Counted from the first letter of the stretch, positions 32,928-41,248 are shown. The stretch: 49,071 nucleotides of DNA from Ferruginibacter sp. (GCA_031360055.1 JANMAV010000024.1:1-49071); one strand, 5' to 3'. A program made the numbers and translations. Notes: generated by a model from the sequence alone, not told the origin.

Positions 32928-32961
32928 ATTTATCAAACAGGTTACCAAAGGGTAACAATAC

Positions 32962-33133
32962 TGTGGGGTGATGAAATTTTTGGCAGACATGCCCCCTTGT
33001 CTCGGGGGTGAGGATAACAGGACAAACGAAATATAGAGCCATCCCTACACTTGTGTAGGGATGACCGGGGTCGACCACCGAACTTTGTATTTTAGCTAAC
33101 TGCCTCGTGGAGGTTCGACCCCTTCCCCTACAG
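32962..33133 (+). ncRNA. Non-canonical tRNA-like RNA: GUC (Asp) anticodon, tRNA-Leu-type D arm, 100-nt variable-arm insertion
   Basis: Acceptor TGTGGGG/CCCTACA; D arm ATG-AAATTTTTGGCAGA-CAT; anticodon stem CCCCC/GGGGG with loop TTGTCTC; T arm GGAGG-TTCGACC-CCTTC; discriminator G; CCA not encoded. Confidence 0.85.
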
Positions 33134-33308
33134 CATACATTTTTTTAAAGCCCTCGTTACATTAACGGGGGCTTTGTATTGAGCTAACAGCCCCGTACCT
33201 TGGTTACGGGATCGACCCCTTCCCCTACAGCATACATTTTTTTAAAGTCCTCGTTACATTAACGGGGGCTTTGTATTGAGCTAACAGCCCCGTACCATAG
33301 TTACGGGG
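33115..33308 (+). repeat. 97-bp-period tandem duplication including the 3' end of the tRNA-like RNA
   Basis: TCGACCCCTTCCCCTACAGCATACATTTTTTTAAAG(C/T)CCTCGTTACATTAACGGGGGCTTTGTATTGAGCTAACAGCCCCGTACC begins at both 33115 and 33212. Confidence 0.92.
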
Positions 33309-33327
33309 CTCTATAGCATATATTTTT

Positions 33328-33361
33328 AAAGCTCAACTCTTAAAAAGTTGGGCTTTTTTTT
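33328..33361 (+). terminator. Intrinsic terminator closing the tRNA-like transcript
   Basis: AAAGCTCAACT-CTTAAAA-AGTTGGGCTTT followed by a T-run. Confidence 0.75.
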
Positions 33362-33490
33362 ATGTGTAACCTGCCTCTAATTCATCATTGTTATAACTAT
33401 TAATTAAAAAAACTAAACATCTTTTTAGTTTGATACGAAGAATAGATCCAAAAAATTTATCCGCTGTAAAAATACTTGCTTGGTAAATGG

Positions 33491-33498
33491 TACATTTG
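33491..33498 (+). promoter_or_regulatory. -7 promoter element (TACATTTG) of the LytTR operon
   Basis: TAnnTTTG 30 nt before ATG 33529. Confidence 0.55.
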
Positions 33499-33528
33499 TT
33501 TATACCACAAGTATAAGCAGTATCTATA

Positions 33529-34239
33529 ATGACAAACAGTAAACCCCTTACCTGTATTTTAATTGATGATAACCCAGTAGCATTACTTATGCTAAAGCAG
33601 CAAATAATGCAGTTGCCTAGCCTTCAAATTTTGGGTGAATTTAATACAGCCATACAAGCAAGTAACTTTTTAAAAAGTAACGAAATAGATCTATTGTTTT
33701 TAGATATTGAAATGCCCGAAATGTCAGGTTTTGAATTGCTAAAATCATTACAGCCGGCACCTATTGCCATTTTAACATCGGCCAGCAAAGCCTATGTAGA
33801 AGAGGCCTATGAAATGAATGTAGCTGATTATTTAATTAAACCTGTACAACTATCAAGGCTCATGATGGCCATAAACAGAGCTACGGAATTGGTAAATAAA
33901 AAAGATGCTGTGTTTAATAAAGTAGAAGATGACCATGTGTTTATAAAAGAAAATAAAACACTCAGAAAACTGTTACTAAAAGATATGTATTGGTTAGAGG
34001 CAAAGGGCGACTATGTAAAAATTTATTTGGCTGAAAAATATCACATCATCCACTCTACCCTTAAACAACTAGAAGAAAAATTACCCTCATCTAAATTTAT
34101 ACGCATACACAGAAGCTACATAATAGCCACCGATAAAATTGAATATATTGAAGATAATGTGGTATATGTAAACAATACACCCATCCCAATATCAGAAGCT
34201 TTAAAACCAGAACTCATAAAAAAACTACATTTTTTATAG
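33529..34239 (+). CDS. LytTR-family response regulator
   Basis: Receiver domain (IDDN, FLDIEMP, DYLIKP) plus LytTR domain (LEAKGDYV, FIRIHRSYII). Confidence 0.93.
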   Translation: MTNSKPLTCILIDDNPVALLMLKQQIMQLPSLQILGEFNTAIQASNFLKSNEIDLLFLDIEMPEMSGFELLKSLQPAPIAILTSASKAYVEEAYEMNVADYLIKPVQLSRLMMAINRATELVNKKDAVFNKVEDDHVFIKENKTLRKLLLKDMYWLEAKGDYVKIYLAEKYHIIHSTLKQLEEKLPSSKFIRIHRSYIIATDKIEYIEDNVVYVNNTPIPISEALKPELIKKLHFL

Positions 34240-34283
34240 GTCTAAATTATAAACAAAAATAGCCCCCAACCCCTTTATATATA

Positions 34284-36497
34284 TTGAAAAAACCAACCTT
34301 TTTCTTTGTTTGGATTATGATATTAGCCATAGGTATTATGGCTGTTATTACTGTTACACAAGTAATAACCAATACATCGCAAACGGCATTAGAAAACGGT
34401 AACAAACAAGCTGCAAATACTTTTACTACAAACAATAAGTTAGAGGAATTGGTAAACTATTCTCTATTATTAGAGAAAAGAATTGTAAGCCTAAAATTTA
34501 AACCAACACTAAACCAAGCAGCTGTAAATAATATTAAAGATTCGTTAACCAGCTTGGGTTACAATATCACCATTTTACAAAAAACCTGGAACGATAGCGG
34601 CAGCATTAGTGGCCTAAACAAAATTGCCGGTTTAATAAATACTCAAGTAAACGAATCATTTAAAATTTTGGCAGCCTATGATAATAGCACCAATAAAATT
34701 TTGGCAGCACCTACCATTTCAGATAGTTTACAATCTTTACATGTAGGAGATAGCATTTACAACAACGCTATTGAGTTTCAAAAGCAATTAGAAAAACTGT
34801 TAAGAGATAATTTACTTCAAAATAATGTGGCTACTACCCAACTAGCCACACTAAATTTTACCTTGGCCATTGTATCGTTAATAGCGGTATTAATATTGGT
34901 AATTATAATTATAAGACGCCAAAAAAAACAATTGCTACTTATTAATGATTTGGATAAAGCCAAAACATTAGCCCAAAAAAATAGCGAAATTAAAGACAGA
35001 TTTTTGGCTAACATGAGCCACGAAATTAGAACACCATTGAATGCATTAAAAGGCTTTAGCAAATTGCTATTGGGCACCACACTTAATACAGAGCAATTAA
35101 AATATACAAACATAATAGAAACTAGTAGCAACAATTTATTGTTAATTGTAAACGATATTTTAGACCTATCTAAAATTGAAGCAGATAATGTAACCATTAG
35201 CCAAGCCGTGTTTGATGTACATACAGAGGTAACTGAACTGGCCATTCTTTTTGAGCCCTTAGCAAAAGAAAAAAATATTGAGCTTACATGCTCAGTTCAG
35301 CAAAACATTAGCCACACCTTAAGTGGCGATGCTATTAGGCTAAAACAAATTTTAGTAAACCTAGTTGGTAACGCCATTAAATTTACTGATGCAGGCAAGG
35401 TTTCCATAGAGGTAACTTTGTTAGAAAATACAGCAGGTACACAGTGGCTACAATGTACAGTAACTGATACTGGCATTGGTATACCTGCACTACAACTCTA
35501 TAGCATATTTGAAAGGTTTGAACAAGTAGATACATCTTTTTCTAGAAAACAAGGAGGTACAGGTTTGGGCTTAGCTATTGTAAAAAAAATTACTGCACTT
35601 ATGGGTGGTAATATTACGGTAGAGAGTGTGCCGGGAAAGGGTTCTGCATTTACCATAAACCTACCCTTTGTTGTAGTAGCAAATAAAAGCTCAGCGTCAA
35701 TAAAAAACAATGTTGATTGTATAAATTATACCAATAGCTTTTTGCAAAAAACAATACTATTGGTTGAAGATAATGCAATGAACCAAATGCTATTAGAAAG
35801 TATGCTTACCCCAACTGGAGCAACGTTACTTTTTGCAAATAATGGAGCAGAAGCAATACAATTTTGTGATACAGCATTGCCAGATGTATTGTTGATGGAT
35901 GTGCAAATGCCTGTAATGGATGGTATTGAAGCCACAAAAATGCTTAGGAAAAAATTTGGCAACTCCATTCCTATTGTAGCTATGACGGCACATGTACTAC
36001 CAAACGAAAAACAGAAATGCTTAGATGCTGGTATGAATTATTATATTTCAAAACCTATTGATCAAGCTATACTGCTACAACACATTGCTCAAATTTGTGG
36101 CATAGGGCCAACAAAAAAAGAAACTACTGCAATAAATAATACTGCAATAAATAAATTGGGCTTATCCAATGTATATAAACTGTGTAATAATAACGAAGCC
36201 GCTGTAAAACAAATTTTAACCCAGCTCTGTGTACAAATGCCTACTGAAATACAAGCTTTGCAACAAGCCGTGCAAGAGAAAAATATATCCCAACTCCAAA
36301 AAATAGTACACAACTTTACCTCTACTGTATCACCATTAAATGATGATGTACCATCCGTTGTAGCACTGCAAGGTTTCAGCAATACCATACATCAACAAAT
36401 AATTGAATGGCCATTGGTACAAACTGAAACCAATAAATTAGTACTTCTTTTACAACATTGCAATACTGCAGTACATAATTTCGTTAATGAAACATAG
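34284..36497 (+). CDS. Hybrid sensor histidine kinase (2 TM, HisKA, HATPase, receiver, Hpt-like tail)
   Basis: FLANMSHEIRTPLN, NLVGNAIKFT, DTGIGI, GTGLGL, VEDN and LMDVQMP; helical tail with IVHNFTS; TTG start. Confidence 0.92.
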   Translation: MKKPTFFFVWIMILAIGIMAVITVTQVITNTSQTALENGNKQAANTFTTNNKLEELVNYSLLLEKRIVSLKFKPTLNQAAVNNIKDSLTSLGYNITILQKTWNDSGSISGLNKIAGLINTQVNESFKILAAYDNSTNKILAAPTISDSLQSLHVGDSIYNNAIEFQKQLEKLLRDNLLQNNVATTQLATLNFTLAIVSLIAVLILVIIIIRRQKKQLLLINDLDKAKTLAQKNSEIKDRFLANMSHEIRTPLNALKGFSKLLLGTTLNTEQLKYTNIIETSSNNLLLIVNDILDLSKIEADNVTISQAVFDVHTEVTELAILFEPLAKEKNIELTCSVQQNISHTLSGDAIRLKQILVNLVGNAIKFTDAGKVSIEVTLLENTAGTQWLQCTVTDTGIGIPALQLYSIFERFEQVDTSFSRKQGGTGLGLAIVKKITALMGGNITVESVPGKGSAFTINLPFVVVANKSSASIKNNVDCINYTNSFLQKTILLVEDNAMNQMLLESMLTPTGATLLFANNGAEAIQFCDTALPDVLLMDVQMPVMDGIEATKMLRKKFGNSIPIVAMTAHVLPNEKQKCLDAGMNYYISKPIDQAILLQHIAQICGIGPTKKETTAINNTAINKLGLSNVYKLCNNNEAAVKQILTQLCVQMPTEIQALQQAVQEKNISQLQKIVHNFTSTVSPLNDDVPSVVALQGFSNTIHQQIIEWPLVQTETNKLVLLLQHCNTAVHNFVNET

Positions 36498-36499
36498 TA

Positions 36500-36964
36500 A
36501 TGTCAAAAAATACTAACCATATAGCAAAAACCCAACTTGCCAACCTGCCATTTATTAAATATGTAAGGGGGGTATATTTTATTATTATATCTACAGCAGT
36601 TATTTGCTTGGCAATAATTTTTAAATCGGGATTTGATAAAGTAAATTTTAGTAAAGCCATGTTTGGGTCCACAAGGTTAGTAGAAGTTGCAGATTCTACC
36701 CAAATTGATAAACTACTACTAAACAAAAACGATATTAATTTTAACGATAAAAAATCGTTTGTGCTTAGTGCTTTATATTTTGTAGATGATACTACCGCAA
36801 CAAATACTAAAATCAATAACAGTACAAACTATTTAACCAATGCCGCCAACAGGCAAAAACTGTATAACTTAATTATACAAAAAAAGCTACAACAAAATGC
36901 TGTAAAGCAACCTGCACAAACCAACAATGATGATGGCTTTAGTATAAAACCAATACCTCAATAA
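36500..36964 (+). CDS. Hypothetical single-pass membrane protein
   Basis: Starts 2 nt after the kinase stop; one hydrophobic segment near the N-terminus; no recognised domain. Confidence 0.65.
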   Translation: MSKNTNHIAKTQLANLPFIKYVRGVYFIIISTAVICLAIIFKSGFDKVNFSKAMFGSTRLVEVADSTQIDKLLLNKNDINFNDKKSFVLSALYFVDDTTATNTKINNSTNYLTNAANRQKLYNLIIQKKLQQNAVKQPAQTNNDDGFSIKPIPQ

Positions 36965-36978
36965 ACGTATTTTGTGCA

Positions 36979-37881
36979 ATGAAAATTAATACTATTTTAA
37001 TAATAATTTTTTACTTGGTTGCCCTAAGCTCTTGCATGGCTAAAAAGCTTACACAATCTACCAAAAGGGTGCAGGCCATAAAAGAAATTAATAAAGCATC
37101 AGCAAAAAAAATTGACAGTATAGCTACTGTGGAGCAAAAAAAGTTTAAAGAAGGTACGGTAGATTCTACCTTAAGCAGCCTATTCAGAAAAAAAATACAA
37201 GCACTACAAAAAGAAACAGACTCTTTGCTGCAACAAACCAAGCAGTTGGAAGAGCTATTGGGCAATAAAAAACTATTTAAAGAACAGTACGAAACGGTAG
37301 TGCTACCTAAGTTGCAATTATTGGAGGAGTACAAAACTGCTAACAATAGGCGTATGAAAGTACTGCTTATGTTAGAAGCTGGCTTAAACGTTGCCAACTT
37401 TAATTTGTTTGATTTAGCTGCCTTTTACGGCCCCGGCAAATATGTTATTCCAAAAGATAAAGAAGAGATTGCAGCTAAATCCTTCGCTCCTATGTTGGAC
37501 TCAATCATAAGTTTTTCCAATAAATACAGCAACATTCCCCGTACCGCAACCTTGGTAATTTTAGGCTTTGCAGATGGGCAAAGGTTTAATAACGATAATG
37601 TAAACTACGAAATAATAAAGCAAGAGTCAGGCAAAACAAACCCTACAAATGCAGATCTTAACGCTACTTTATCGCAACTTAGAGCACAGGAGCTAATAAA
37701 TGTACTTACCGTAAAATTTTTAAATAGAACCCCACAGATAAATGGCTTTGAGCTTTTTAAAATTGAATACTTAGGTAAAGGCCGTGGGGAGCAGCTACCC
37801 TTACCCACCATTAAAGATTATAAAATTGAAGATGCCAGGCGCCGTATAGTGCTCTGTTATTGGGCCGTTTTGCCCGATTAG
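36979..37881 (+). CDS. Lipoprotein with coiled coil and degenerate OmpA/MotB-like C-terminal domain
   Basis: Lipobox LSSC; ILGFADG, LNATLSQLRA, GRGEQLP and RRIVL resemble OmpA_C motifs. Confidence 0.7.
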   Translation: MKINTILIIIFYLVALSSCMAKKLTQSTKRVQAIKEINKASAKKIDSIATVEQKKFKEGTVDSTLSSLFRKKIQALQKETDSLLQQTKQLEELLGNKKLFKEQYETVVLPKLQLLEEYKTANNRRMKVLLMLEAGLNVANFNLFDLAAFYGPGKYVIPKDKEEIAAKSFAPMLDSIISFSNKYSNIPRTATLVILGFADGQRFNNDNVNYEIIKQESGKTNPTNADLNATLSQLRAQELINVLTVKFLNRTPQINGFELFKIEYLGKGRGEQLPLPTIKDYKIEDARRRIVLCYWAVLPD

Positions 37882-38102
37882 CATCTAAACTTATCTTTTG
37901 ATAAAGTAGCTTTAACCACAAAACCAGCTTACTAGCCGAAAATAAAAAATCTACTAACTAATATTTACTTTATTTACAAAGTATCAAAAATTGCTATATC
38001 AACCTATATAACCTATAACAATTTGTAGCATCGTTTTTAATACAATAACAACAATGCTATTTATATTTTTTAATACCCCTTCTCCCTTAAACCTGTACGG
38101 CA

Positions 38103-38918
38103 ATGCTTAGGCATTGCTGTACTATATTAAGCATGTTGCTAGCACTTTCTAGTACTGCACAAGTACCTGGCAAAATAACTGTACCACTGCCAACAGCTAA
38201 GCCCACAGTAAAATTTACATTTGCTAGCATAGCCCAAGGTATTTTATTTAATATACTTTTAAAAAAAATATCCAAACCTAGCACAACCCTTAGCAGCACT
38301 GCCAGCACAGTGGTACAGTACGATACTACCACCTTACTAAAAAAAATAAATAGCAAATTTACTGATCCCTTTTACACCCCTTTTGAGGCTGATCTAACTC
38401 TCAATACTTTAGCCGTACAATTAAACAACAACCAACAATATTTAACATGGCAAACCAATAATGAGTTTAATGTAGGCGGTTTTATGATTGAAAAATCTGT
38501 AGATAACATCAATTTTACAGCCATTGCCAGTGTAGAAGGTACCAATAGTTTTGTACTAAAAGATTATGCTTTTATTGATACTAAAATAGATACCGTTAGG
38601 CATTGGTACCGGCTACGGGTTATTGGGTTTAATGCCAACGTACAATATACCCCATCAGTACGGGCAAATGAGGCTACTGGCTCATCTGCCATACAAGTAG
38701 AGCATAAAGCCTCGGCACGTAAGCTGTACATAAGCTCCCCATTTGCTATTAAAAAATTAGAAATTATTAATACGGATGGCAAAGTGGTTATCAACAAAAA
38801 AAAGGTAGATATATTAAAACCAATTTCTACCCAAGCGCTGGCAAATGGAACATACGCTGCCAAAATACTTACAAATAATGGAGTACTGTCTCAACTGTTT
38901 TTTAAAATAGAAACTTAA
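38103..38918 (+). CDS. Small T9SS-sorted protein (Ig-like domain plus CTD)
   Basis: Signal peptide; LTWQTNNE..V.GF.IEKS.D...YRL pre-CTD fold; CTD ending LANGTYAAKI. Confidence 0.7.
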   Translation: MLRHCCTILSMLLALSSTAQVPGKITVPLPTAKPTVKFTFASIAQGILFNILLKKISKPSTTLSSTASTVVQYDTTTLLKKINSKFTDPFYTPFEADLTLNTLAVQLNNNQQYLTWQTNNEFNVGGFMIEKSVDNINFTAIASVEGTNSFVLKDYAFIDTKIDTVRHWYRLRVIGFNANVQYTPSVRANEATGSSAIQVEHKASARKLYISSPFAIKKLEIINTDGKVVINKKKVDILKPISTQALANGTYAAKILTNNGVLSQLFFKIET

Positions 38919-39131
38919 CTTAACTGTAATTATTATACCGTTAACCGAAAATAAGAACACAATTATCGAAAAACACAAAAAGGCTATTCATATTTAATAA
39001 AATTGCAGCATAATCTGAAATAAGAAAAAATAAAAGAAGCTTGAGCTACTTCAATTAGTTTTTTTCGTACCGCATTTTGAAAGCTCCATATTAAAACGAA
39101 AGTTTGGTATGTAGGCAAAAAAATTGCTATT

Positions 39132-39156
39132 AAAACAGGGATAATACCCTGTTTTT
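39132..39156 (+). terminator. Terminator-like hairpin upstream of beta-barrel gene
   Basis: AAAACAGGG-ATAATA-CCCTGTTTTT. Confidence 0.55.
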
Positions 39157-39194
39157 CTTATTATTACTATATTTATACAAATACCAAAATTAAT

Positions 39195-39863
39195 ATGAAA
39201 CTATATACCCTAAAAACCATACTCACCATTTTATTGTTTAGTAGTGCTGCTTTAATAAGCAAGGCTCAGGTAAGGCAAATAATAGAAGCAGTTACTCCAC
39301 AAAAACCATTTGATGGAACGCCAATTTTAAAGAAAAAATCTCAAGTATTGCAAGTAGGCATAGGTGCACCAAATAATGTAGCTAATTTATTAAGCCTTGG
39401 TTCTATTGGTGCAGCATTTAGCAGTAGCAATGGCAACAAAGTAGGTCCATTTTTTGTAGATTATGAGTATTTAATTAAAGAAAATTTGGGCTTGGGTGTA
39501 GGGGTATCCTACGCTAAGGCTGAAAAACAATACACCGATAATGCATTTTTTGGTGGAAAAGATACCATAAATGCCAAATTATCGGGCTTGTCTTTTTTAC
39601 TCTCTACTACCTATCATTTTTATATAACTGATAAGCTTGATCCTTACATTAAAGGATCTTTAGGAGCCACTATTTGGAAAGGTTCTTACACAAATCAAAA
39701 TGGTACTGAAGCTCAAAATGGCTCATTGCCAACTCCCATTGGCTACAAGGCATTAGTTGGGTTACGATATTTTGTAAATAATAATGTAGCACCATTTGGT
39801 GAAGTAAGCTATAGCAATTTAAAATTTACTGCAGCTGCCGGTATAGCTTTTAAGCTTAGGTAA
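39195..39863 (+). CDS. Outer-membrane beta-barrel protein
   Basis: Signal peptide; amphipathic strands, LDPY, GLRYF, FGEVSY and terminal GIAFKL. Confidence 0.8.
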   Translation: MKLYTLKTILTILLFSSAALISKAQVRQIIEAVTPQKPFDGTPILKKKSQVLQVGIGAPNNVANLLSLGSIGAAFSSSNGNKVGPFFVDYEYLIKENLGLGVGVSYAKAEKQYTDNAFFGGKDTINAKLSGLSFLLSTTYHFYITDKLDPYIKGSLGATIWKGSYTNQNGTEAQNGSLPTPIGYKALVGLRYFVNNNVAPFGEVSYSNLKFTAAAGIAFKLR

Positions 39864-39873
39864 ACCAGGCAGC

Positions 39874-40863
39874 TTAATACAAAGCAGCCATTTTTTTAAT
39901 TTCATTTTTTATACTGTTTTGCAAACTTTTGGGTGCCAATACCCTTACAGCGTTGCCGTACGAAAGTATGCTCATGGTAAGCTCAGTAGTTAGGTATAAT
40001 AATAGGCTTACTTGCAACTCCTCATCGTTTTGCAGCAATATTTGTTGGCTATGGTGCAGGGGTTGGCTAAGTATGTATTTGGCTTGTTTTGGGGTAAATG
40101 ATAATATTACTTGCTCTGCTGTAGCATTGTGCAACTGTGTAATACCTAGCGAAAATTTAAAAAAGTTTGCCGGCAAAAAACTAGCATCTGTATGGTATGG
40201 GCTTTTACTAAAAACCACTGTCACTATTCTATCTAATGCTAAAATAAGCACTGTATTGTGCAAGTTGCTATGCCCAATTACGTACCAACGGTTGCGGTAC
40301 TCTTTTAGCAAATAGCCGGAAAACCGATGCACTTTGGGGCTGCCTTCATAGCTTTTATAGGTAATGTCTAGGCATTGTTTATCTACAATGGCTTTTAAAA
40401 TTATTTCTAGCCATTGGCTACTATCCTGCCTTACGGGCTCTTCTACCTGTAAAATTTGTGTTTGGCTTTGGCCTAATATATCACTAAGTCTATACCCCTC
40501 TATTACTTTGTTTATGGCATTTTCAAAATGCTGAAAAATACGGGTACCTTTTAATTGCTGCAGCAAAGCGGTACTCATATCTAGGGCTTCAATTTCATTA
40601 TGCGTTAGCGGAAACTCCTTAATACTAAACGAGGGCTCCGTGTAGTAATATCCTTTGTGGTACTTATCAAACTTTATGGGGGCATTGTAAGTAGCCTTCA
40701 TTTGTTGCAAATCTTTGCTAAACATGGAGGCCGATAGGCTAACATCCAACTGTTCTTCTATTTTTTCAATAATGTAGTGCAGGCTAGGATATTTGTGTAA
40801 GGTATTGGTAAGGCAGCCATCAATAATTCGATACCGCAAAAAAGCACTTTTATTAACTGGCAT
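39874..40863 (-). CDS. WYL-domain transcriptional regulator (HTH-WYL-WCX)
   Basis: MPVNKSA..RY.IID.CL N-terminus; LLKEYRNRWYVIG, ALDRI, P.H.SQ and ILSYG..V.VL.P..L. Confidence 0.92.
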   Translation of the reverse strand: MPVNKSAFLRYRIIDGCLTNTLHKYPSLHYIIEKIEEQLDVSLSASMFSKDLQQMKATYNAPIKFDKYHKGYYYTEPSFSIKEFPLTHNEIEALDMSTALLQQLKGTRIFQHFENAINKVIEGYRLSDILGQSQTQILQVEEPVRQDSSQWLEIILKAIVDKQCLDITYKSYEGSPKVHRFSGYLLKEYRNRWYVIGHSNLHNTVLILALDRIVTVVFSKSPYHTDASFLPANFFKFSLGITQLHNATAEQVILSFTPKQAKYILSQPLHHSQQILLQNDEELQVSLLLYLTTELTMSILSYGNAVRVLAPKSLQNSIKNEIKKMAALY

Positions 40864-40990
40864 AAGGTGGATAAAAAATATTTACCGAAAGGTAAAATAA
40901 AAAGTTGATTGTAAATAGGTGGTATTATGGCAAATTAATTTTACAATATATAATAACAACAAACTAGCAAACCATTTAAAAATATCCGTT

Positions 40991-41248
40991 ATGAGAGTAT
41001 TGTGTATAGATAATAAAAACCCATTAAACCTTAAAAAATTAGCTAAAAGCGATTGGGTGTACGAAGGTGATATGTACACTGTGGTAGATGAGGTTGTAAA
41101 TGAATTTGGCCATTTTTACTTATTAGCCGAAAGGCTAGGAAAAGTTCCCCCTGTATTGTATGCAGCAAGCCGTTTTGTAGCCCTTAGTACCAATACCAAC
41201 ATACAACAATCCAAATACAGTTTGGAAAACACGGAATCCACTTGCTAG
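40991..41248 (+). CDS. Small hypothetical protein divergent from WYL regulator
   Basis: ATG 40991 (MRVLCIDN) preferred to GTG 40919; protein-like composition (CID...EG.MYTV...Y.L.E...SRF). Confidence 0.6.
   Translation: MRVLCIDNKNPLNLKKLAKSDWVYEGDMYTVVDEVVNEFGHFYLLAERLGKVPPVLYAASRFVALSTNTNIQQSKYSLENTESTC

Noticed and set aside
32971-33036. 21-codon ORF MKFLADMPPCLGGEDNRTNEI as an Asp/Asn leader peptide (also a 12-codon ORF at 33061-33099)
   Set aside because: The start is buried in the D stem, the Asp/Asn codons are few and form no run, and the cloverleaf already explains the sequence. Ribo-seq could revisit this.
32962-33133. Ordinary tRNA-Asp or tRNA-Leu, intron-containing tRNA, tRNA-Sec or tmRNA
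   Set aside because: The class-II D arm and U37 do not fit tRNA-Asp, and the anticodon is not Leu or UCA. The insert is too short and misplaced for a self-splicing intron. It has an anticodon arm, lacks G3-U70 and is far shorter than tmRNA.
33115-33232. attL/attR of an integrated element
   Set aside because: The copies are only 97 bp apart with no integrase or cargo; kept only as a possible scar.
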